A stretch of DNA of 64,000 nt, taken from positions 7,362-71,361 of IMG/VR virus record IMGVR_UViG_3300049016_000031. One strand, written 5' to 3'. Below the pieces are notes generated by a model, which worked only from the letters and a program-made list of their open reading frames with translations, was not told the origin of the DNA and ran no database searches. The stretch is from a virus. The position numbers and the translations under genes were made by a program. Below are positions 34,328 to 43,018 of the stretch, one piece after another (position 1 is the stretch's first letter; each line of letters begins with the position of its first letter).

Positions 34328-35740
34328 ATGAAGATACGTTCGGCTATTAAAAATTTTGCACTTAAGGCTATCTCCTACTTAGGATGGAACACCTCAGAGG
34401 GTCCTATTGGTGGCTGGTTGACAAACGGAAATACTTCAGCGGATCGAAATAAGTACGCGAATGAAATAGGAAATCCTCTTAACACCCCTATGATTATGGC
34501 GGCTGTTGTCTGGCTAATGCGCACTATATACGAAGCGCCATTGTTTATTGTTACCAGAGATGATGCGGGTAAGGAGAAAAAAAGAACGTACAAGCATCAT
34601 GTCCTTAAGCTCTTAAAGAATCCCAATGAGTTTTACAACGGGATGGTAATGATGAAGGGCATTGCTGCGTCATGGGACTTAAACGGCAATGCATACATCT
34701 TAAAGTGGCGAGATCCTAACACCCTCAGGGTCGAAGCCCTGTATTACGAGCCGCATTACAGTATTCGGCCTAGATATTGGAACGATGGTGTGTATTCAAC
34801 AAACAAGGTCGAGAGGGATGGTAAGTTTATTTCTTTTTATGAAATTTACAGGCCTGATGACCGGGGGTCTTCTAATGTTTGGAAACGAATTGAGGTGGAT
34901 GACGTTATTCACTTAAAGGATGGCATGGATCCATTTAACCAGCGTCTTGGCATCAATAAACTTGCATCCTTGTTAGCAGAAATTTATACCGACCTCCAGC
35001 GCGCGCACTTTAGCGCCACTGTTTTGTCTAACATAGGAATGATTCCATTTGTTCTGTCCCCCAGGGAATCGGGGCAGGTTATAACTCAAGCGCAAGCTAC
35101 GAAGTTGAAGGAAGAACTTGAGCTCAGGTCGCAATCGGAGCGTGGTAAGGCCATTGTGGCTGGTAGGGCAATTCGAATAGATGAGCTAGGCTTCAGTCCT
35201 GCGGATATGGATTTGAGTGCTATGGCATCCATTCCGGAGGAGAGAGTCGCAGCTGTTATAGGACCGAACTCCTACGTCTTGGGATTTATTCCTGAAAACT
35301 CTCAATATACAAATTTTCTTGAGGCGCGTCGCGATGCTTATGAATCATTCTTAATACCCCTTCAGTCGTACATTGCTGCACAGCTTACTGAGGACCTCCT
35401 TCGAGAGTTTATAGATGATGAGTTTGCAAACTTGGAGTACGATTACTCAGGAGTCTACGCCATGACTGAGTGGAGGGTTAAGATATTCGATATGTGGGGA
35501 AAGGCGTTCCGAGATGGTATTGCCAGGCGGTCCGACGCGCGTTCTGCTGTTGGATTGAAGGTTGAAAAGGAAGATGATGGTTATTACGAAGATTTTAACA
35601 AAAAAGAAGAGACTCTTCCGAACCCTGGAAACCCGGGACCCAATGGGTCGCAGCCTGGAAAAGAACTGATTGATGATGGCAATGAACGGCTGAGTCAACG
35701 AGAAGATAAGGGTCCGGTTGCTGGCGGCAAAAAGAAGTAA
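34328..35740 (+). CDS. portal protein
   Basis: 470 aa, immediately after TerL. An acidic/basic C-terminal tail is typical of portals. Confidence 0.7.
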   Translation: MKIRSAIKNFALKAISYLGWNTSEGPIGGWLTNGNTSADRNKYANEIGNPLNTPMIMAAVVWLMRTIYEAPLFIVTRDDAGKEKKRTYKHHVLKLLKNPNEFYNGMVMMKGIAASWDLNGNAYILKWRDPNTLRVEALYYEPHYSIRPRYWNDGVYSTNKVERDGKFISFYEIYRPDDRGSSNVWKRIEVDDVIHLKDGMDPFNQRLGINKLASLLAEIYTDLQRAHFSATVLSNIGMIPFVLSPRESGQVITQAQATKLKEELELRSQSERGKAIVAGRAIRIDELGFSPADMDLSAMASIPEERVAAVIGPNSYVLGFIPENSQYTNFLEARRDAYESFLIPLQSYIAAQLTEDLLREFIDDEFANLEYDYSGVYAMTEWRVKIFDMWGKAFRDGIARRSDARSAVGLKVEKEDDGYYEDFNKKEETLPNPGNPGPNGSQPGKELIDDGNERLSQREDKGPVAGGKKK

Positions 35741-35795
35741 AAATTCATTGTTAATTAGCTGAACAAGCATGCTACTATTTTAAGAGAGGTTGAAA

Positions 35796-37268
35796 ATGTA
35801 TAAATTTGTCAGAAAGGATGGAATACTATCGGTCGTCAAGGCATCCGATAATTCGGTAATTGCTCAAATCCCGGAGGCCGAGCGGGTTATCTCATTCGGC
35901 GGAGAAATTAAGGCACTCAGTGACGACGGACAGATTGGTGGCTACGCCGTTATCTTTTCTGACGCTAAGACTCCCGACCTCTTTGGTGATTATTTTACTA
36001 AGTCAACAGACTTCTTCTTTGATGGGAAGAAAGAGTTTCAAATTCCCTTTGTTCTCTACCAGCATGGACAAAATCCTACGATCAAGAGTCGAATCATTGG
36101 AAAGAATGCTGTTGCCACTATTGACGATGTTGGTGTTTTTGTTAAAGCTGAATTAAATAAACGGGACAAGTATGAAAAAGCCATTCTGGATATGGTAAAA
36201 AAGAAAAAGCTTGGCTACAGCACCGGGTCGGTTCCTCACCTGGTCGCGCGCAAGGCTTTAGATGCAGATTCGGAGTCCGGTGAAATTACCTCATGGCCAA
36301 TCATTGAATTGTCATTGACTCCGACACCGGTGGAGCCACGAATTATTGCTGCGACCCTAAAGTCATATACGGATGGGTTTGAGGGTGAAGATGAATTTAA
36401 GGCACTAGTGGTTGTTCCAAGCTCTAAGTTGTTTCATGAGAGACTTAACCAATTTATTCTCGACTCCGAGGAATCCGGCCTCGCGCTTAACGCGGTTATA
36501 AAGGCTGTTTCCGAGCAATCACTTTCTACTACCGAGTCCATTGTTCAAGTTCTCTCGGGAAGTTTGCAACCAACATTGCCGCAGGTCAAGGCATTTAGTC
36601 GGGTGCTTGAAATTGACCAATCCTTGCTTATTGATATTGCAAAGCCGCAGGCGCCGACCAGTGTTAAGGGAATTTTTGAGGACGCCCTTGCTGAGGAGGA
36701 GTATAAGACGTGGGAATTGTGGTCGACCTTCAGTAAGGTAGTTTCTAAAATCGTGGCGGCGGCTAAGGCAGCCCCGCTCGCCGGCGCTTCAGATTTTGAT
36801 TATGGAAAACTTCTCAAGGAGGCCGTTGTGGAATATTCCGCGCGCCTCCTTAGTGTCGTGGATAAACAAGTTAAAACTCACCTTGAGGGTGATTGTGAGT
36901 ACAATTTTTATTTAAGGGCGCTTGCCGACCCTTCAGTCGAAGACTTTGTAAAGGCTGAGAATATGGCAATAGAAGACCACTGCTCCTTGGCGGTTAGCGC
37001 CTTTAAGAGCATTGACTCTCGCGTCCGGAAATCGCATGCCAATAGGCAGTACTCCGGGGGCGAAGTCAAGGCGGGTCGAGTGCTGTCAACAAAGTATCAG
37101 ATCGCCTTTAAGCAACTCCTTGATTCTATAACAGGAGATGTTGCAAAGGCGCATGAGTTTCTTGATTCACTCAAACCTAAAGTAGATTCGGATTCAACTG
37201 AGTCGATAAAGGCAGTTCATGAGCGAACTCAACAACGTGTTCGCAGGTTGAAACTTGAGCTAACCTAA
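35796..37268 (+). CDS. prohead protease fused to scaffold domain (HK97-type prohead serine protease, S78-like)
   Basis: N-terminal GGYAVIFSD...DLFGDYF protease block, followed by a long coiled-coil C-terminus. Confidence 0.65.
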   Translation: MYKFVRKDGILSVVKASDNSVIAQIPEAERVISFGGEIKALSDDGQIGGYAVIFSDAKTPDLFGDYFTKSTDFFFDGKKEFQIPFVLYQHGQNPTIKSRIIGKNAVATIDDVGVFVKAELNKRDKYEKAILDMVKKKKLGYSTGSVPHLVARKALDADSESGEITSWPIIELSLTPTPVEPRIIAATLKSYTDGFEGEDEFKALVVVPSSKLFHERLNQFILDSEESGLALNAVIKAVSEQSLSTTESIVQVLSGSLQPTLPQVKAFSRVLEIDQSLLIDIAKPQAPTSVKGIFEDALAEEEYKTWELWSTFSKVVSKIVAAAKAAPLAGASDFDYGKLLKEAVVEYSARLLSVVDKQVKTHLEGDCEYNFYLRALADPSVEDFVKAENMAIEDHCSLAVSAFKSIDSRVRKSHANRQYSGGEVKAGRVLSTKYQIAFKQLLDSITGDVAKAHEFLDSLKPKVDSDSTESIKAVHERTQQRVRRLKLELT

Positions 37269-37279
37269 GAGGTAGATAT

Positions 37280-38605
37280 ATGGCAGATAAGAGACGTGTT
37301 CGTTTGAATACGCTGCTTGACGAGATTGCTACTAATGACAATACTGTGAAGTCAATCTTTGATGCGGCGGATGCGCGAGATGGCGTAGAAACGCCAGATG
37401 AGAAAGCGCAATTGAAGGCATTGAGTATTAAAAATAATGATCTTTTGAACGAGGCCGAAGAATTGAAGGCGGTCCTCAAAATCCGTGAGGAATCCGAGGG
37501 GCGCGGAACACCGCAAGCTTCTGGACAAGGTCACGCAGGTGCATCAGCATCACAGCAACGCAACGGCGCCTATAAGTCACTTGGTGAGGTCTTCGTAGAG
37601 GATCCTGAATTGAAGGCGTGGTTGGATTCCAAGGGTCACGGGCTCTCTGGCACAGGTCGCAAAAAGATTGAATCCCCGGCAGTTGAGGTCAAGAGCTTTT
37701 TCGGTCGCCACTTGAGAGGTTTGCTTACGTCCAGCGGGGATAACACCGGAGAAGCTGCTGCAAGCGCTGGAGCATTCGTGTTTCCAGAGTTCAAGCCGAT
37801 TGTCGATCAGTTCTATCAGCGACCGCTTACAATTCGTGACCTCATCACCATAGGTGAGACAGGGTCGGATACGATTGAGTATGTTCGGGTGACTGGCGTA
37901 ACGAATGCAGCTGCAGGAGTTGCAGAAGCTGCGAATACAACTGATGGCAATGCATCAGGTCGCAAACCCGAGTCTGATATGGACTTCGAGCGTGTGGTTG
38001 AGAATGTCAAGACTATAGCGCATTGGATTCCAGCGACTTCTCGTGCGCTTCAAGATGCTCCGCAATTGCGTTCTTACATCGACGCATTCTTGAGATATGG
38101 CATAGATGAGCAGCTTGAAGACCAGCTTGTAAATGGTGCTGGCGGTGACGACCTTACGGGTATATTTGAAACCCCAAATATTTTGTCACAAGCATTTTCG
38201 ACAGACATTTTGGAGACAACTAGAAAAGCCCGCACCAAGGTGCGTGTTCAGGGTCGCACAATTCCTACGGCATTTGTTTTGCATCCCAACGATTGGGAAA
38301 TCATTGACTTGACTAAGGATGGTGAGGACCGGTACTACTTCGGAGGCCCCCTTGCTATGGGTACCAAGACCCTTTGGGGGCTGCCAGTGATCGAGTCTGA
38401 GGCGGTTGCAGAAGGCCAGGGACTTTGTGCTAATTTTAAGATGGCAATCCTTTGGGATCGGATGCAATCCGCAATTTCTGTGAGTAACAGTCACAATGAC
38501 TTCTTCATTCGTAATTTGGTTGCAATCCTCTGTGAAATGCGCGCGGCATTCGGCGTCATACGACCCGAGGCATTCTGCGAGATCGAAACTCAGGCAGCGA
38601 GCTAA
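37280..38605 (+). CDS. major capsid protein (HK97 fold)
   Basis: 441 aa, positioned after the protease-scaffold gene, with an N-terminal coiled-coil delta region. An intrinsic terminator follows. Confidence 0.8.
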   Translation: MADKRRVRLNTLLDEIATNDNTVKSIFDAADARDGVETPDEKAQLKALSIKNNDLLNEAEELKAVLKIREESEGRGTPQASGQGHAGASASQQRNGAYKSLGEVFVEDPELKAWLDSKGHGLSGTGRKKIESPAVEVKSFFGRHLRGLLTSSGDNTGEAAASAGAFVFPEFKPIVDQFYQRPLTIRDLITIGETGSDTIEYVRVTGVTNAAAGVAEAANTTDGNASGRKPESDMDFERVVENVKTIAHWIPATSRALQDAPQLRSYIDAFLRYGIDEQLEDQLVNGAGGDDLTGIFETPNILSQAFSTDILETTRKARTKVRVQGRTIPTAFVLHPNDWEIIDLTKDGEDRYYFGGPLAMGTKTLWGLPVIESEAVAEGQGLCANFKMAILWDRMQSAISVSNSHNDFFIRNLVAILCEMRAAFGVIRPEAFCEIETQAAS

Positions 38606-38633
38606 CTCGGTGAGTTGATGTGAAAAGGGACTT

Positions 38634-38668
38634 AGGGCGGCGGCTTATCACCGTCGCCCATTTTTGTA
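38634..38668 (+). terminator. rho-independent terminator candidate after the capsid gene
   Basis: GGGCGGCGG-cttatca-CCGTCGCCC stem-loop followed by ATTTTTG. Confidence 0.45.
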
Positions 38669-38683
38669 TGAAAGGAATCATAC

Positions 38684-40381
38684 GTGAAAACTCTTATTGG
38701 AATAGTTAATTGTCACAAGAATCAGGACCAGGCTGATAGTCAACGCCAAACTTGGATAAAGGACGTGCCTCCTGAAATTGATTATAAATTTTTCTTGGGT
38801 CGGGGGCCGAAGAGAAAGAAGGCGGCTGATGAGGTTATTCTTGATGTTGGGGATAACTACAATGATTTGCCGCTAAAGACTGTAGCAATGTGTGAGTGGG
38901 CGTTGAAGAATGGATATGATTATCTTTGCAAGGTAGATGATGATGTCTACTTACGACCTGAACGAATCTTAACCAGTGATTTTGAAGGCAAAGATTACAT
39001 AGGCCGCCTCCGTGGACCATCAGGAAAATTTTCAGCTCCATATTGTTCTGGTTTTACGTACATTCTCAGTCGAAAAGCAATGGAAATCATCGTAGGATCT
39101 GTACCAACAGACAATGCTGAAGATCGATTTATAGGAAATACGTTGTATGCGGCTGGAATTGTCGCAACTCCGGATTACAGATTTGTAGTTATTAAATCAA
39201 ATAGAAATGCAAATTCCGGAACTGAGGGCCCCCGTGAGGGAAATTTAATCATCAGCGCTGGGGAGTTCGTTCCTAAAGATATGCTGAAAATTCATAATGA
39301 ATTCCTTACTCTTAAATCTAATGTTAAAAGTCTTAGTATTGATGGCAAGTTTCAAAATGTTTCAGTTCTTGTAAAAACATTTCTTCGCGACCCCCACGCG
39401 CTTTTAACAATTCAAGAAATTGAAAGTTTTCTCCCTGGGGCTAAAATTATTATTGTTGACGACGGGTATGAATCTAAGGACAAAATTGAGCTCTACTCTA
39501 AACTCCGGCTACGTGGGCACTCATGTTTATGGATGGAGTTTGATTCAGGATTTTGTGCTAAGTCTAACATAGGTGTCGCAAGCCTCGACCGTCAGTACTT
39601 GTTAATAGCAAGTGATGATTTTGAATTTAATCCCAAGGTAAGTGAGGGAGTCGCTAAGCTTATTGATGTGCTTGACAGTGACCCTTCAGTTGGTGTAGCT
39701 TCAGGAACTGTCGATGGAAATAATTACCAAGGCTTAATTGAGCGCGGGGAGGGGTATATTAAAGAAATTCCACTAGTTCCTAAAGGAGTTTGTAGGACTC
39801 CATCTGGTACTAAGTATGATTATTGTGATATAACAGTAAATTACTGCCTTGTTCGTCAAGAAGTGTTTGAATCAGGAAGGGTCGCCTGGGATGAAGAATA
39901 TAAAATTGGTGGTGACCACTTTGAATTCTTTGATCAAGTAAGGTCTGAGGGATGGAAGGTTGCAATTGTTTCAGGTGTAAACATAAACCAAAGAAAATAT
40001 AAAAGTGCAATGGAGCACCCACAGTACAGGAAGTATCGGGGTCGCGCCAGGCAATCTCTTCCGAGATTTTTTGAAAAATATAACATCACTAGATATATAG
40101 CGTTTGATGGAAGAGAGGACGTGCTTACAGAATCTGGAGAAGTGGTTTCTAAAGCGCCGACCAAGTCCTCGATTCTTATTTCTGCAACCAAACTTCACAA
40201 GTCTGTTAAAGTAACTTCTCGTGGGACATTTGTAACTACAGAGAGATTGTACAGGACACCTTCCGGTGAAATTGTTACAGCTGGACATCCAGACCGCCAA
40301 AAATTATTTGCGGCCAAGGGAATAGGAATTCCTATTGAAATGGCTGAAAAGTATGGTCTCGTAGGAGGAAAAGATGGCTAA
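38684..40381 (+). CDS. two-domain glycosyltransferase: N-terminal GT31-like (Galactosyl_T/Fringe-like) + central GT2-like GT-A domain
   Basis: GTG start with AAAGGAA RBS. Domain 1 has SQRQTWIKD, KVDDDVYL (DDD motif) and AEDRFIG (EDxxxG). Domain 2 has KIIIVDDGYESKD (DxD), DSGFCAKSNIG and LLIASDDFEF. 565 aa. Confidence 0.75.
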   Translation: MKTLIGIVNCHKNQDQADSQRQTWIKDVPPEIDYKFFLGRGPKRKKAADEVILDVGDNYNDLPLKTVAMCEWALKNGYDYLCKVDDDVYLRPERILTSDFEGKDYIGRLRGPSGKFSAPYCSGFTYILSRKAMEIIVGSVPTDNAEDRFIGNTLYAAGIVATPDYRFVVIKSNRNANSGTEGPREGNLIISAGEFVPKDMLKIHNEFLTLKSNVKSLSIDGKFQNVSVLVKTFLRDPHALLTIQEIESFLPGAKIIIVDDGYESKDKIELYSKLRLRGHSCLWMEFDSGFCAKSNIGVASLDRQYLLIASDDFEFNPKVSEGVAKLIDVLDSDPSVGVASGTVDGNNYQGLIERGEGYIKEIPLVPKGVCRTPSGTKYDYCDITVNYCLVRQEVFESGRVAWDEEYKIGGDHFEFFDQVRSEGWKVAIVSGVNINQRKYKSAMEHPQYRKYRGRARQSLPRFFEKYNITRYIAFDGREDVLTESGEVVSKAPTKSSILISATKLHKSVKVTSRGTFVTTERLYRTPSGEIVTAGHPDRQKLFAAKGIGIPIEMAEKYGLVGGKDG

Positions 40382-40913
40382 AATATACACGGATGAAACT
40401 GAAGCAATTGCTCAAGTAAAGAAGAAGTGCGCCTACGCCCATACTCCTACTATTGAGGAGCAAGATATTATTGACTCGCTTGCGGATAACAGAGTAGTGG
40501 AGGTGTGGGAACCTGAGACTAATTATGTTGTTGGCCAAATTGTAGCTCCAACAGAAGATAGCCGCGTGGGTCGATTTCTTAAATGTGTAACTTCAGGTGC
40601 AAGCGGAGCAGAAGAGCCTGATTGGCAAATAGTTGCTGACCGTTCCTCTAGGGTGCTCGGAGGTACAATAGTTGGAAATACTGGATCGGCCCGGATTGTT
40701 GTAAGTGACGGCGATACAGGATGGGTCGACGCCGGACCTGAGACTGATTTTTGGGATATGGAACAAACGTTCTATGATATTTGGATGCTTAAAGCTTCCT
40801 TGGTTGCTGATCTCCCGAATTCCAATAGGTCTGGAAATAATTACGAATTTAATAGAATTTATCAGAATTGCATAGACCAAGCAAACAGATATGGGGGTAA
40901 GTTTATAAAATGA
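40374..40913 (+). CDS. hypothetical head-associated protein (179 aa)
   Basis: Lies between the capsid/GT genes and the head-tail genes. Confidence 0.45.
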   Translation: MAKIYTDETEAIAQVKKKCAYAHTPTIEEQDIIDSLADNRVVEVWEPETNYVVGQIVAPTEDSRVGRFLKCVTSGASGAEEPDWQIVADRSSRVLGGTIVGNTGSARIVVSDGDTGWVDAGPETDFWDMEQTFYDIWMLKASLVADLPNSNRSGNNYEFNRIYQNCIDQANRYGGKFIK

Positions 40914-41266
40914 TAGACCCCACACCAATGCTTGTAAAGCAAATGAACTACACTAGGATGGTGGGAATAGGTCTTAATGCTGTTCTCTTACTCCTAACTT
41001 CAGACACCGACCGTGGTTATGCCCAACTCCTCGAAGTTGATGGTGGTTGGACCTTGGAAGATGGTACTATTGGTCAAGGACAAGTTTTGCATATAATTGA
41101 ACACGGCGATTGTTCGAGGGAAGTTTTACTTCAAACTAAACTTTTTTCTATCAATAATGTAGTTTATGAAATAACTGGTGAAATAAATTTTGAGGCAGCT
41201 CCAGCCGGGTCACGGATAAAGGAGTGGAAATTTGCAGTTAATCCTACTAGTGAGGTGTACCCCTAG
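40910..41266 (+). CDS. hypothetical structural protein (118 aa)
   Basis: Coupled by 4-nt overlaps. Confidence 0.4.
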   Translation: MIDPTPMLVKQMNYTRMVGIGLNAVLLLLTSDTDRGYAQLLEVDGGWTLEDGTIGQGQVLHIIEHGDCSREVLLQTKLFSINNVVYEITGEINFEAAPAGSRIKEWKFAVNPTSEVYP

Positions 41267-41898
41267 TGCCAACAGTAAGTACTGGAAAACAAATATTCTT
41301 CGAGTGGGATGAGGACCGGTACCGGAGAGCTCCAGTAGCTCTGGATCGGATTGTTCGCCAAGAACTAGGCGCACTAGCTAAGTACTTAGTAGAGTGGATG
41401 AAGCAACGCGGTCCTAAGGACACCGGAGTGGCGCTAGAATCACTTATAGGGTATGTAGATAAGTTTGGCGAGGGTTCCTATCAGCTTATTCTAGAGTCGC
41501 GAGTTCCATACGCTTATTGGGGGCTGGAGTACGGCCGAAAACCGGGTGCTGCCCCTCCGTTTGAAAAAATCCTTGGGTGGGTAAATCGGAAGTCATTTAA
41601 TTCTACCCAGCTTGATGACGTGCACAAGGTTGGAAAAAGTATCGGGTCATCGTACGCTGTAAGAAAGTCACCACGAAATCCTGGAAGGAGAATTCAAGAA
41701 GTCACAAGTAATTATTCATTTACGACCTCTGAGAAAGTAAGGGCAGCGTTTATGATTATGAGAAAGATTGCTCTTAGAGGTACAAATGAACAGAGAATTT
41801 TTCTCAGAGCAATTTCCCAAACTAACACAGAACAAAAACTTGCAATTCTAGCGATCGAGAGAAGATTTTTCAGGGCAGTAAACGAAGGAGCATTTTAA
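41266..41898 (+). CDS. putative head-tail joining / neck protein (210 aa)
   Basis: Assigned by position. No confident motif. Confidence 0.4.
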   Translation: MPTVSTGKQIFFEWDEDRYRRAPVALDRIVRQELGALAKYLVEWMKQRGPKDTGVALESLIGYVDKFGEGSYQLILESRVPYAYWGLEYGRKPGAAPPFEKILGWVNRKSFNSTQLDDVHKVGKSIGSSYAVRKSPRNPGRRIQEVTSNYSFTTSEKVRAAFMIMRKIALRGTNEQRIFLRAISQTNTEQKLAILAIERRFFRAVNEGAF

Positions 41899-42431
41899 TG
41901 CCAAACGTAACAATAGCAGATTTATTAGCCGCCCAAGCGGCGCTTGTTTCTCCAATTTCCAATATTGGGTCGGTACTTACCCGTGAGCGATATATTACTG
42001 GTGAATCATATATAAATTTATTCATGGCCTTGAATCATGACCAGAGTCCCAACGGTGTGATGATTTTATTTCAAGAATTTAGTGAACAAATGAAGGGCCC
42101 TCGTATTTGTACTGTTCAACAGCGCATTAGATTTAGCTACGAAGTATTTCATAAATTCGATGATAAACTTCCAAATGATCGTACAAGTCATGAGGAGTTT
42201 ATTGAAAAATTGCAGGCGATAAACGACGCCTTGAACACAGTTGTTGGAACAGCGCAGCCTTGGAACTTAGGGATAACGACTCCTGGGGCGGATGTTGAGC
42301 ATCAATTTCTTCAAGGCGACGGCGTTTTGGACCTACGCCTCTGGGGAACCGGATCTACTGCTATCAAGACTCACTATGTCTCAATGACTCTAGATGTGCT
42401 TGTTGTAAATTCAGTTCATGTCACAGCCTAA
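41898..42431 (+). CDS. hypothetical structural protein (177 aa)
   Basis: ATG overlaps the upstream stop. Confidence 0.45.
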   Translation: MPNVTIADLLAAQAALVSPISNIGSVLTRERYITGESYINLFMALNHDQSPNGVMILFQEFSEQMKGPRICTVQQRIRFSYEVFHKFDDKLPNDRTSHEEFIEKLQAINDALNTVVGTAQPWNLGITTPGADVEHQFLQGDGVLDLRLWGTGSTAIKTHYVSMTLDVLVVNSVHVTA

Positions 42432-42615
42432 TGTTAAATTTTCAGCAAATTGTAAAAAATATGGAGCTCCGCCATCCAGGGTCGTAATTGGAGGAGTCTT
42501 AAGAATTGAATTTAATCCAATAGAGCTGATAAAGGGTATCTATTTGCCGAATAACAAAGTAAAATTATTAGTGAATAATGTTCCTGGATTTAAGAGAATT
42601 GTGAAGAAAGGATAA
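42418..42615 (+). CDS. small hypothetical protein (65 aa)
   Basis: Short ORF bridging its neighbours. Confidence 0.3.
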   Translation: MSQPNVKFSANCKKYGAPPSRVVIGGVLRIEFNPIELIKGIYLPNNKVKLLVNNVPGFKRIVKKG

Positions 42616-42619
42616 ATGA

Positions 42620-43018
42620 ATGAAGATTACTCTTGGACAGCTAGCAGAATCATACCAGGCCTGGAAAAAACTTGGGTCGCATGTAAATCCTAGTGTCGAA
42701 ACAAGGTACCGATTAATTCGCGTTGCTAAAGTCACTGAGCCTCAAATGAAAATATTTGAGGAGCAGCAACTTATAATTTTAATGGAATGCGGGGTAGAGA
42801 CGCAAATTCCTGGAAATTATAATATTAAATTAGACTGTAAAGATAAATTTGAGTCTGAAATGAACAAGCTCAAAGCAATCGAAATAAATGTTCCAGGGGA
42901 AAAATTTTCTTTGGAGTCAATTGAGCCTGCGAAATTATCTGCTCTGGATGTTGTAGCGCTCGATTGGCTTATTATTTTGCCTGAAGATCCCGTAGTTGAA
43001 AAAACTGAAGAGGAATAA
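42620..43018 (+). CDS. hypothetical structural protein (132 aa)
   Basis: Clean ORF directly upstream of the fibre gene. Confidence 0.4.
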   Translation: MKITLGQLAESYQAWKKLGSHVNPSVETRYRLIRVAKVTEPQMKIFEEQQLIILMECGVETQIPGNYNIKLDCKDKFESEMNKLKAIEINVPGEKFSLESIEPAKLSALDVVALDWLIILPEDPVVEKTEEE

